Assembly: GCF_021869535.1 (NCBI RefSeq)
Contig: NW_026262734.1
Location: 12,524,001-12,588,000, forward strand
DNA length: 64,000 nucleotides
Reading direction: 5' to 3'
Source: Mytilus californianus
Taxonomy: Eukaryota
Part shown: positions 38,597 to 51,100 of the stretch, piece after piece
Layout of the letters: each line of letters starts with the position of its first letter
Numbering within the stretch: position 1 is the first letter of the stretch
The notes under the pieces: generated by a model
The model's input: the letters and a program-made list of their open reading frames with translations, nothing else
Databases searched by the model: none
What the model was told of the DNA's origin: nothing
Made by a program: the position numbers and the translations under genes

Positions 38597-39544
38597 ATAC
38601 CTTGTAAACAAGCACTATGAAATAATAAATAAAAAAGATCCAAGAAATTACCAAAAACATTTGACAGTACATATTGCAATATTGAAGTAAGTTAATTTGA
38701 TTATCTCCTCTTTAACAAATGGGCCTGGAACATATTCTTTTAGGCACATATTCAGGTAGTGTTCATCAATTATGTAAAGTTTCATCAATAGTTGTCTAGC
38801 TGTTGCGCTAACAAGGCACATGGTCACACCCACAGGATGGTCCTATACAGATGGGGATCAAGGATTTTGAAAAGGAGGGGGCTCCCGTTTGGAGTGATAC
38901 TTATAAAAAGTCTAAATTTATCATATGTGAAGCTCCATAAGGGTGCCAAGACACCCTCCCTTCCTAAATCCACCTCTGTCATATACCCCCAATAAACACT
39001 TTTATTACAGGGGGTATGAAAAGACATGATCCTGATAGTTTCGCTGGTACTAAGGTGTGGTTAAACCAGTTTTAAGTGTGATAAAAAAATCTGTCTTAAA
39101 ATATGAAGAAAAGGTGATTTTAAGTATATGTCAGTGAGACCACAACCCAACGGCAGTCACTACATGTCATTATAGTAAAGTCAGAGAACTATTTCTATTC
39201 CATTTACATGTTATCATCCTGAATTTGCATAAATATATGTGTTGTTTAATATTAAGCAGACATCAATCAAACAATGGTTTTCAACGTACAGTTCAATATT
39301 TAGAACAAATTTGGTCACATAAACTCATTGACTGAAAATTGAAAAAAACAAAACATATCACTGCACATGCTGAACTGATCATGATTGAATTTATGTTTGA
39401 AGTCTTAGAGAAAAAAAGTTTTAAACAATAAGTAAGACATAAAATTAAAATTATTGATCCATGTAAATGCGATTAAGGTCAGATAAATCATGTCTAAAGG
39501 ATATGTATGCCTTGAAATTATTTCATATACCAAATAAATAACCT

Positions 39545-39775
39545 ATTGCTTATAGATTAATTGATTGTTGGTTAACGCCACTGTCAGCAATATCAGCTAT
39601 ATGGTGGTGACCAGCTTTTATATTTATGAGGAAGCCTGAGTGCCTAAAGAGAATCACCAACCTTCTGCAGGAAAACTGACAATCCTAGTCAATTAAAATT
39701 TGATTCAAACACATCTACTAGGTGCAGGGTTCAAAATATAAACCCCCAGTGTTGACAGGATAGACATACAGTGAA
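39545..39775 (-). mobile_element. Reverse-oriented copy of the second SINE family
   Basis: GAGGAAGCCTGAGTGCC...GAAAACTGACAATCCTAGTCAATT...CAGTGTTGACAGG matches the reverse complement of 25830-26050. Confidence 0.62.
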
Positions 39776-39782
39776 TGAACTA

Positions 39783-40251
39783 CTGTAAAGCGGGTTTTTT
39801 CGCAGGTGTAAAATTTTGCAATTTAGAAGCTACAAAATATGCGTCAAAAATTTTGGCAGTTTTTATTTTGACGGATTCTTAATTCTCAATTAAAATATGT
39901 TGGCGTATACTGAAATGATTGCAGTTAAAAAGTTGTAAAAATTGACAATCAAACAAGTGTCTATTGTTATGGTTAATTGATTTTTTCCTGAATGACGGCT
40001 TATTTATTGATATATTCTGATATAATTAATCAAATAAAATCGGTAACTTAGATATTTCTCTGTCACAGGTGAACAAACTTCTTGTAAATATTACGGTTGA
40101 TTAGTTACAAAATTGACCGGACCTTTGATATACTAATTAGAAACTTAAGCTATTAGAAAGTACCAAATGTATGCATAAATTTTAGCAGAATTTATTTTCA
40201 CAAATTTTCATTTATCCGCCCAAAATAAGCGAAAAATAACCTGCTATACGG
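39783..40251. mobile_element. Tc1/mariner-type MITE, TA TSD
   Basis: TA|CTGTAAAGCGGGTTTTTTCGC ... GCGAAAAATAACCTGCTATACGG|TA (imperfect TIR). Confidence 0.68.
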
Positions 40252-41671
40252 TACTTGGACCACTCATCAACTGACACCCCCCCCCCCCCCTAAATTGCTT
40301 TTAGTATTGGAGAAACATACCTATCCAAGAAGACTAATCTTTGACCAATGAATCATGAAAATGAGGTCAAGTTCACGTGAACTCTCCCAGACAGACATGC
40401 ACCTAACTATCATTCCATGCACCAATCATAGTTGACCTCTTGCATATAGTATCTGAGAAACAGACTCAAACATGAAAAAATAACATTGACCAATGAACCA
40501 TAAAAATGAGGTCAAGTCAGATGAATCCTGTTAGATAGACTTATACTCCTTACAATCATTCCATAAATCAAATATAGCTGACTTATTGCTTATAGTATCT
40601 TAGAACAGGACTTAACCACAAAAAAACTTAACATTGACCAATGAACCATGAAAATGAGACAGACATGTACACATTACAATCATTCCATTAACCAAATATA
40701 ATTGCCTTTTTAATTTTGAAGCTCTGAAAAGTTTAATATGTCTTGCTTTCCAAACTTTTGATGTTAAGAGTATCTGATGTACCGGTAGATACTTTTATTG
40801 TAAATATTCAACAAAATGAAAAGTGGTATTGTGTAAAAACTGCAAGACAGACAAAATAAATGTGCTAAGTAGAAAATTTTTCTGAGAGATTTATTTTCAC
40901 TTAATGATTAGGATAACACCATGAAAATATCCTTCCACTTTTATTTTGATCTTTTAGGAATTCAGTAGAAAAACATGATAAATGCAAAGTATTCAATTAC
41001 ATTTTATAATGACATCATAGAGTAAATGCTCATATAACTGAATTATGATTGTTTCTTTGTTATTGGTCCATGAGTGACCTACATTGGAATATATCTATTG
41101 TGTTGTATTGTCTTGTACCTGATATGGAGATTTAAAGTCTAACAGAGGTAAAACAATATGACTTATTGTTCAAAGTGCAGGATTTTATTATGTATATTCA
41201 CAGAAAAAACAAAATTTGGACAATTAGATGTCTGTTTTATTGCACTATTATCAACAACAGAATGTGCAGACATTACAAATAAATATGAAAAATGTATAAA
41301 TAATAATTACAGTTATAAAATCTCAGTGAAAATATTGACCATTTGATAACATTTTGTTCATTTGAAAATCCTTTTTAAGGCTTCTATTATGTATCAAAGA
41401 CAGAATGGCAGTACAAAAGTAACATTGACTTTCACATTTTATCATTGATTATTTTGATATTCCACAATTATGTAGGATAGTCCAAGGTATGACCATAATC
41501 TATTAAGTTTAAATACATTAAAAATTTCCACAATTTAAAGCTCAAATGACAATTTACAAAATGTGCAAAACATGAAACAGTTATCTCCCTTGGGTATTGA
41601 AATTTTACAATCCTGCTAAAATTTGAAATTTCTTCAAGATTTTTTGAAAAGAATTCATTTCCTACATGCTT

Positions 41672-42338
41672 AGGTAGCAATACACAGTTAGAAGTTTAGT
41701 TTCGCATTATGGCCATGGTGAATTTTTTAAATATGAAAGTTTTTGTACAATAAAATTGATTTTTAGATAATTGAAGAATAATATAGCCTTCTTAGTGGGT
41801 TTATATGAACATTTAGATTGTTTTTAGCATGTTTTATAGGCCATTTTTCTGTTTGACAGTCCGTATTTTCCTATCCGTACCGCCCATAGGTCCATAAATT
41901 ATTGTAGTGTTTATCAACAAAGATTTTGCGCTCGATCTTTTCAATTCAATTTTATGGAAAAACGAGCAGAAATGCATATGTTTTTTTTTTGACCTCTTGA
42001 TAGATATATGTCTATGGATTCAGGAAAGGTATCACTGTAATTGATTGAAATTTTCCTTTGGACCAAATTTTGGAGACTTTTGTGACATGTTCACCCCCTT
42101 TTTTTGCAATATTTTGTATCAAAGAAATGCAGATTGTTGCCATGGTTACACCCAAAAGAGATAATATTTCACCATTATAACCATTAGAAATCAAATCTAT
42201 GGAAGATTTTCTTTCTATAAATATACACATGCATAACACAAATATTAAGCCTTATTTGTTAGAAAGGAAGGGAAAGAGGGTGTTTAAAAATTATGAGTGT
42301 CAATTTTAAGTTTTTTTCCTAACTGTGTATTGCTACCT
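41672..42338. mobile_element. 667-bp MITE, copy 1 (TIR AGGTAGCAATACACAGTTAG, TA-type ends)
   Basis: Terminal inverted repeats at both ends; identical by eye to 43080-43746. Confidence 0.88.
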
Positions 42339-43079
42339 TATGGCATTTGACAAAGCACAGAATTGCTTATTTTTAGACAAATCATACCACAAATCTATTG
42401 ATATTTAGATTATAGATACAATTCTGAGGGAGAAACATCTTTTAGTATGACAATATATGTTAGTTTTGTTGTTTATTGTCCTTAGCAACCAATATAGACA
42501 TTTTGACACAAAGACTTGGTTCGGTCATAAATTGATACTTTATTGGCTACCCCTTGGAAAAGAAACAATGCGCGTTATGTAGAAACCTCAGAAGGGAAAG
42601 CTTTATATTTTTTCATGCGACTAAATCAAATTTATTATTTTAGCAAGTATAAAGTCACAATTTAGCATGAATTAAGTCTAAATTTGTTCCCGCTGTTATA
42701 AATTAATTCAGTATTTGCTATATTTTAACCAAGGCTTTGGTATGCTAATACACAACAAAATTGACATTCTAAAGCCTTAAAATAGCTTTAACTTGTAAAA
42801 TTTGTCTACTGTTAAGGTTAATTTAAGTTTTTAATAAAGAAAAGACAAGCACAGAAGGTATAGTTTAAGAAATTTGACTAAAAAAGGAGAATTTACACTT
42901 TGACATGGCATGTTTCACCAAATCACTTTTTTGTTGCATTTCAGTGTCAACTGCTAACCTTCATAAAATATTTATTTCTGAACCAATTTTCAAAACTAGC
43001 AGGCCAATTTGCTCGTTTAAGCTAGCAGAACACAGAAATTCATTTAAAATGGAATTGGAAAAAAAAATGTTTATCCTTA

Positions 43080-43746
43080 AGGTAGCAATACACAGTTAGA
43101 AGTTTAGTTTCGCATTATGGCCATGGTGAATTTTTTAAATATGAAAGTTTTTGTACAATAAAATTGATTTTTAGATAATTGAAGAATAATATAGCCTTCT
43201 TAGTGGGTTTATATGAACATTTAGATTGTTTTTAGCATGTTTTATAGGCCATTTTTCTGTTTGACAGTCCGTATTTTCCTATCCGTACCGCCCATAGGTC
43301 CATAAATTATTGTAGTGTTTATCAACAAAGATTTTGCGCTCGATCTTTTCAATTCAATTTTATGGAAAAACGAGCAGAAATGCATATGTTTTTTTTTTGA
43401 CCTCTTGATAGATATATGTCTATGGATTCAGGAAAGGTATCACTGTAATTGATTGAAATTTTCCTTTGGACCAAATTTTGGAGACTTTTGTGACATGTTC
43501 ACCCCCTTTTTTTGCAATATTTTGTATCAAAGAAATGCAGATTGTTGCCATGGTTACACCCAAAAGAGATAATATTTCACCATTATAACCATTAGAAATC
43601 AAATCTATGGAAGATTTTCTTTCTATAAATATACACATGCATAACACAAATATTAAGCCTTATTTGTTAGAAAGGAAGGGAAAGAGGGTGTTTAAAAATT
43701 ATGAGTGTCAATTTTAAGTTTTTTTCCTAACTGTGTATTGCTACCT
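43080..43746. mobile_element. 667-bp MITE, copy 2, flanked by TA...TA
   Basis: Same TIRs, offset 1408 bp from copy 1; identity stops at the element ends. Confidence 0.88.
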
Positions 43747-43750
43747 TAGA

Positions 43751-43775
43751 TTTATTAAGGCAGCAATACTTTATT
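43751..43775 (-). terminator. Two putative VPS29 polyadenylation signals (AATAAA on the minus strand)
   Basis: TTTATT at 43770-43775 and 43751-43756, ~190-210 nt after the VPS29 stop. Confidence 0.45.
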
Positions 43776-43958
43776 CATTGCCCAAGCCATCAAAATTCTT
43801 GTCGAGAAACAGTAATACATTACAACTGACTGAATTGAAAAAAAAGGTTATTTTCTGTAACAAACATGGTCTAACAGTATGATTTATTTCACATAATTTG
43901 ACAGATGTATTTCCTTTACAATTTTCATATTATCTTTCTCCACACATGTAGTAAAATT

Positions 43959-46900
43959 CTAATTTTTCTTGTATTCTATTCTTTCTACTTTCACATCATC
44001 ACTTATCAGTTTATATACATAAGCTACAACTGTTGACTGCTGAATGTCTAGAATCACAAATGATGAAATCACATTGCTGAAAAACAGAAAGAAATTTCTA
44101 TTTTAATTGCATATAATTATAATCTTACTCAAATTTATACATATTCAATGTTAAGATTTTGTGTTTTAGACACCTTCTAGTATGCTTAAAAGACTTCAAC
44201 TATGATACTGAATTGTTACATAAATTAAACAACATTTTGCTCAGTTTTTAGTTTTCTATGTTGTGTTTTGTGTACTGTTTGTCTTTTCGTCGTTTTCGTT
44301 TTTTGTCATTGCATTTTCGGTTTGTTTTTCGACTTCTGAGTTTGAATATCCCTTTGGTATCTTTTGCCTCTCTAATATAAGTACAGCACTTTTCCACATT
44401 GATAGGTAATATTTATAATAAGTAAATAGATAATTTTTATTTCAAGCAAACTTGTTTTGACCTCATATTTCTGCTTATAATTAAAAGCAAGACTTCCAAC
44501 TGATTAGTGAATTATAATAATATACTAGTATGCCATTGTTTGTTTCTGAGAAATTGATTTAATCTATATGACTCAAAAACATTTCTGTCATGGCAAAATA
44601 ATCCTTTGAAGGTCATCCTTCAAGATAAATTCACTGCTGAACCCCCTTTTGTGCACTTGTGTCAGGTTATAATTAGCAATACAACTTCCTGGAAACATAA
44701 AGTTTTATATACATTGTGGCTAACGACAAATATTTAATTACCTGTCCAAAGCATTATATGCTCCTGTGGCCGAACCTGGGTTAATGTAGAATTTATTTTC
44801 ATGTTCAAATGCCTCAAACTTATGTGTATGTCCAGAAATGAGAATATCCACATCTAACTGTCGTTGAACCATTGCTAAGCTTTCTGTGTCACCCCACGGT
44901 ACCACCTGATGGCCATGACATAAACCAATTCTAAATTGTCCTACTGTAACAACTTTCTGCTCTGGGTAATTCAGGTTCTAACAATAAAAGAGAATATTTA
45001 TGTATAAATTGTAAATAGAACATTACAGTTCACACATTGTTTTTTTTATGAAAACCTCAGCTTCTCAACAGTTGAATTTTTCAGCACAAGTCAGGATAAT
45101 GTATACTTTTAACATGAAATGACTGCCACTTTATTTGTACTTTCAAAAGACAAAATAGCTATGAATGCTTGAAGTTGCAGAATTTAACATAGAAAGCAAT
45201 GGGCTATGAATTAGTGATGTTATTCCATACATATGGGTCATGATTTTCAAAAGACTTCAACACATGAATGGGGGATGTTTTTTCAAATTCCAGACACACC
45301 CCCTCCCCCACGCCCCAGTGTTTACATGTCATTTCTAAAATATTATGCTTATAAACTTACTATTTGTTGATCATGTTGATGAGAATAATATTATACATGC
45401 ATTTAATTAGCCTCACATACATGTAGATTCTTACATTGGTACCAACTTGGATTATCGGATTTATCCAATCGAGATAATTTAACTATTGAGATCGATAAAT
45501 CTGATAATTCACGAGTAACTATGTGAGAATCTGTTTCTCTAATGACTATCAATAAATCTTCATTTTTGATAAACAAAAACCCCCTTCGAGTGCCTTCCAC
45601 ATTCCTGATTTCTATGTCAAACAAATATAAAGTTGTCAATTTCTCTAACACCTGTTAGAACATTTTGATTCACCCAGAGAGCTCGTAAAGGTTATAACCT
45701 TTTAACTTAGCCAATTATCTACTGAGATCATCGGCAACCAATTGATGATTTAATTGTTTTAAACAATGGGTCCAGAAAGGGTTAAATTGCCAAAGAATTA
45801 GAGAAATGTATGTTTCATCCTGGATATACATACACGTACATGAAAACATGTATATATGTTAAAAAGCAAACAACAGTCACTTTAGCTATGTTATCCTTAT
45901 ATAATTACTATTGAAAGAATACAACAAATCAAAACCAGATAGTCTTCATCTTTGTTTCTGTATTTTGGTGCAAATCATTTTATTAGTTTTAATACATGTA
46001 ATACACTAACCTCATCAAAGTCTCCTCTGACCACATGGACATCACTGGCCAGTGTTTTCAGATAGTCAAATGATTCCTTTGTACATAGGTTCCCTGTGCA
46101 CAAGATATGTTGTATTTTACCAGGAACCAAGAGTTTCTTAAATCTGTTGGGCAAACTATTACACCTGTGTGGAATGTGTAGGTCACCTAATACCAACACC
46201 AACTACAAATAAAGATACGCGTAAAAATAAGTCATGTATGTCCCCTTAAAAATAAGGTTTAGAGTTTACATACATATGTAAGAAATGTAAAGGATTTAAT
46301 ATTTCATCAATAATTTCTAGGTTATTTTTTTTCTCACAGTAATAATGAACATTTTCTTTTCAATTTTCAGGCATCATTCTTAAACAATTTATCATGTTTA
46401 TAACTCATTCTTCATAAACATGATACATGTAAATCAAACATTAATGGTTACCAGTCTTCTTATGGAGTGAATATTTCTCAGTTAGTTAGATATATGCATG
46501 ATAGCAGCAAAGTTTGGGATTTTAGTGGACATTATAATTTCATCACTAAACAAACTTTTACAGCAGAATTATTAAATATCACAAATTGGTCAAAACTTAT
46601 ACATAACTGTAAATAGATAGGTTTAGATATGAAGTAATATGAGTTATTTCCCTTGACTGCCATGTTTGAAGTGTAACTGGTTGATTTTATTATCAAACTA
46701 ACCAAATTGAAACATCTAAGAAGACATCTATTAGATCATATTGATGAATAATGAAAGGCTTAAAGAAATTAAAATTTTTAAGAAAACCCAACTTTTTCTA
46801 GAGTCTAGACTCTGGAGGTCAGTATAACAACTTGAATTTGGCTGATTTGAGAGAAATTTGTGCACTTTATATAATAAACTTCCAACATGGTGACAAAAGA

Positions 46901-47985
46901 GAAATAATTCTTGCTCAAATTGTGTCAATAAAAAACTATATCTATATGAAGATTTATTGAGAAAGAAGGAGTCCACCTGCAGGAGTTTAATAAAAAGTAA
47001 TGTTTTAATTTACATCCAGCTTTTTACAGAAATATAAAAACGCTAATATGTTTAGTAATTCTTATTACAGGTAAGAGTGTAGGCATCATAATTCATATCA
47101 GCAGTTGGAGTATTTTAAGCTTGCTTTCAGTAACTACATGAACTATAAACATTCTATCATATGGCGTACACAATATTTGTTTACTATTAATTTGTTGGTA
47201 AATTTTGGTGTTTTTGTAACCTATTACATGTTTACCCTTACTTTAGAGTTGAGTACTTTTCTTTTACTGATTTTATGTGTTAGTCATTGTTAGTCCACTG
47301 ATCAAGATTAAAGGGGTATAGGGTTCATATAAAAAAAAAATAGTTTTAACACTCGCATATTAATGTGCCTATCCATTACCAAATGCCAGGAATCTGGTCA
47401 ATGGTTTCACAAACTGTTTAATGTATTAATTCCTGAACTTTCAAATGCATAATGTGCGTTAGGAGTGATTGAATCAAGTGGTTGTCGTAGGTTCATGTCC
47501 GTCATATTTGTTTTTTTATCATAAATTGTTTTGTTATAAATTAGGCCGTTAGATTTCTCGTTTGAATTGTTTTTACATTTTTCATGTAGAGGTCTTATCA
47601 AGGATTTGTATAGTTGATAATTCTTGGCTTTTATATAGCCAACTATATGAATAGGTTTATTCTCATTGTTGAAGGCCATACAGTAGCCTTTATTTGCTAA
47701 TATCTACTTCATTCAAAATCTGGTGGAGAGTTGTTTAATTGGCAATCATACCACATCTCCTTATTTTTATATTATGCCTTTAAGGACAATGTAAGTGATA
47801 AATTATGAGCTTTTTGACTGACACACCCCCTTATTATCGTTTCTTCCTTTCAGTCTTGATAGTAGCCCAGTATGCTCATGATGAAAAATTAGATTCAGCA
47901 TCAATTATCATCTTATTTTTCTAGTTTATATTAATTAGAATAACTCAATTCATTTGAGTTTTAGTGGCTTAATGATATTTACCAT
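43959..47985 (-). CDS. VPS29: Vacuolar protein sorting-associated protein 29 (retromer/retriever subunit), 4 coding exons, 182 aa
   Basis: Exons: 47983-47985 (ATG followed by GTAAAT donor), 46011-46202, 44742-44977, 43959-44076; 549 nt. [19 protein letters not shown]...[29 protein letters not shown]...[27 protein letters not shown]...[11 protein letters not shown]. The ATG-only first exon is inferred from its position and from the vertebrate gene structure. Confidence 0.95.
46435..46610 (+). mobile_element. Degenerate Penelope-like RT C-terminal fragment in VPS29 intron 1
   Basis: [12 protein letters not shown]...YHKLVKT with stops and frameshifts; resembles the YISQLIRY region of the element at 26310. 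Confidence 0.5.
47330..47770 (-). repeat. Abundant dispersed repeat (AAGAAGATGTGGTATGATTGCCAATGAGACAACT family); other copies near 9710, 27780, 30625, 48830, 49465 and 55480
   Basis: The same terminal module recurs at least seven times, in both orientations. Confidence 0.75.
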
Positions 47986-48174
47986 TTTCCTAAATATTTC
48001 AACTTCCTGTCATGTGTGTTGCCGAAAATGTAAAGAAAGAGAGCTTTTGGTTGGTTGTTTAAATCTGCATCCAATTAAAACACGGGTTACAAAAACTCCG
48101 CGAACATCAACATTGGATTTGGTTCAGACGACTTCTGTGAAAGTTTGTTTGGAAATCATGTCATTGTAAACAAA
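47986..48174. promoter_or_regulatory. Bidirectional promoter shared by VPS29 and RAD9
   Basis: 189 bp between divergent ATGs; locally CpG-richer; ETS-like AACTTCCTGT at 48001, CCAAT at 48071, ATTGG at 48112, weak E2F-like CCGCGAA at 48098. Motif function is inferred. Confidence 0.8.
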
Positions 48175-51100
48175 ATGAAATGTGTCATACCCGGAATTAA
48201 TATTAAAGGTACTTGGAAGAAGTGACTTGTGCACAATCATCCACTTAAAAGGTCTTAAAACACTCCTGTATATAATTTTTTGTACCCTGCTTAAACAAAA
48301 CTTAAAATAAACACCAGTGTTATTCGATAGTTACAGTTTAAATATGCCAAAAGTTTCTATTAAGGCCACACCAAATTAATTTCTAGTTCTTCAGACTCTT
48401 TTCCCTAAAAAGGTAGCAAGCAGGCGAAATTTTTTTTCGAAGTTTGATTTTTGGCAGGCGAAAGCATATTTTACTCATGTTAGTTGTTACTAGCGAGCGA
48501 TAATATTTTTGAAATATTAAAAAGATATATTCTATGTAAAGCATTTTATGTAAGAGAGCGATCAGAAATTTACACAGTTTTGGTGATTGATGTTTTTATA
48601 TATGTCTTATATCCTAGTTCTTATATATTACCCTACTTTGCTACTTAATTTGTTCTAAGACACCCTGTTGAATCTTTTCACAACATTTCCAGTACAATAA
48701 TGTTTAACTAGTGGCAAAACCTACAACTTCTTGTTATCTGCTCAAATAAAGATCCAGCTGAACATGAAATAGTACAACAGCATTGAACAGGTAGTCGTCA
48801 ATGTTTGATGTCAGTTATAATTGGTGAATTATAAAAATAACGAGATGTGGTATGATTGCCAATGAAACAACTATCCGCCAAAGTTGTAATGAAATGGATA
48901 TATGCAATTATAGTCAACTGTACAGCCTTCAACAATGAGAAAACCCATAACATATAGTTGGCTGTAAAAGGCCCTGACATGAAAAATATGAAACAATTCA
49001 ATTGAGAAAACTAACAGCCTAATTCATAACAAAACAATTTACGAAAAACAAATTTGACAGACATGCAATGACATGAATCAACGACAACCAGTGAACTACA
49101 GGCTCGTGACTTGGGACAGGAACATATAGAATGCCAATAAACGTATGCAAAGCATATATGCATGTATAAAGCTTTTATATACAACTATACATATTTGTGT
49201 ATACAAGATGAAAATTTATAAAGGACTGTCCTTCAAAAACCACACCAATTTATACTTCTAAGTATTCAAATGCATCACACCAGATGCTATATCATGTGTA
49301 TATACTTGTGGCTGCGAACTTTTACATCCCGCACAGCCAAACGAACACCCCACTCTGGCTAGGGTTTTACTGCTGGTTGGAGGAGGACGGCCTATGGTGA
49401 CCATATTTCTATTCCCCAGTCACCCTTTGGGAGATCAATAATTTAATAGCAATCAAATCTTTATGTATATGGAGATATTGCTCTGTGTTGAAGGCCATAC
49501 CGTGAACTTTTCTGGTTGCAAACCTCCACAAATTTGGTCTCTGATTGTCTCTGGTGGAAGTTTGTCTCATTGACAATCATACAAATTCTTATTTTTAGAA
49601 GATTTTGTAAATTGTAAAGTTGGATTGATGTATTATATTCAATTACCACAAACACAGAAATGCAATTCATTCCTTATGAATTCCAAAAGTAAAGTTCTTA
49701 TGTCCCATATCAGTCAGATGCAACTTAGGGATAGTACAGTTAAATAAACTTTACTTTTGGAACTATTCTTTTATTTTGAAAGATAAAAAAAATATACCGG
49801 TAATAGTATCATTGCGGTGCCATTTCAATGCATGTACCGTCATCTTTGGAATTATTTTTATATTTTCATGCATGTAATATTGTCAATGTCATCATTTAAA
49901 TCTTTCAATTCGGAGGCGTTGGTGCTTTGTGGTCCTGCACGGAGCACTTCAAACATATTGGTAAAAGAATTGTCCCAATCACATTTCACTGCTGTGTTAG
50001 GTAGTAAGGTTGTTGCCTGCGTTACCATTGTAACTACAAATATTCCACTCATGTCTTACATTTGTACGTTGAGAATATATATCATATTATATTTTTTCAT
50101 AATAAAAAACATTTGTGAATGTTAGATCTGGATTGTTCTTGATATCCATTTCCGTGTCTGTATGACGTTACTTTCAAACGCAAAACTGATAAAAGTTTGG
50201 TTACATGTATTTAGAGACAGACGCGCGAGGCTCCGTACTGGAGGTGTGTTTTTAAAAAATGTACTTTTTTCTCGTGGACCTTTTACAACACTTTGGGAGT
50301 CCGACTAACGAAGTATTAATTTGGCGTGGCCTGAATCTACTTTTTTATAGTGTGGTGGGAAATACCAACAAAGAATGAAACCCTATTTTACGTAAGTTCC
50401 AAACCGATGCACCTTATCGCTATTTGTCTGCCATTCAGGGTTTGTCTCTTACTTCTTTGACAAAGTAGTCCAAGGACTATCTTCAACCTTTTCGTGAGTT
50501 GTTGTGATAAGGAACTTTTCTGATTCTATCTATTAGTCTGAAGGACTAGTTAAGTGATAATGTTTGTAGTTCTCTATAAAAATAGGAGGGCACAGGACTA
50601 TCGTACTACTGTTAGAATCCTGCCATTGCTAGTAATCACAGACGTTCCTATATTTATAACTTTGATGTCAGCAGAGAAATTTTCTGATGCCAGAAAGGAT
50701 AAGTTGATGTTGTATGACATCAATAGTTCAAGTATCACAAATCCTCAATTCAAGTGTCTCATATTCCCAAACTATGGCAAATAGGAATAAGATCTATATA
50801 ACAAGCTATACTAAATAAACTCTCACCCCAAACCTAGTCCAAACCCTTAATTCTAACTCTAACCTAAATCAAAGAAGTTGAAATATCAGGTCTATCAGTG
50901 TAATAAATTCATAAAAAACAACTCAAGATTGGTGTTTTGATATCATACGGGGCCAACAAATTTGTTGTCCAGCTTGTGCAACATTAGCAAGGAAAAATTT
51001 ACACATTAAAATATTTTGAAACTGCATTGCATTTTAATACATTATTTAACTTCCATTTTCTAAATGTCTTTATGAATATATTATATAAATTCATAGTTGC

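Noticed and set aside
42012-43647. Two identical 75-aa ORFs (42012-42239 and 43420-43647)
   Set aside because: They lie inside the duplicated MITE and show no transposase or other motif.
50026-50028. Alternative VPS29 first exon (ATG|GTAACG)
   Set aside because: It lies within RAD9 intron 1 and a TIR element; the 47985 ATG sits in the obvious shared promoter. Not fully excluded.
49817-50784. GPCR-like snippets ([10 protein letters not shown] near 50410; hydrophobic ORFs at 49817 and 50554)
   Set aside because: Pieces are short, in different frames, and lack the other rhodopsin-family motifs and proper spacing.
50820-50870. Telomere-like CCTAA/CTAAC repeats
   Set aside because: Few, degenerate units; low-complexity sequence.
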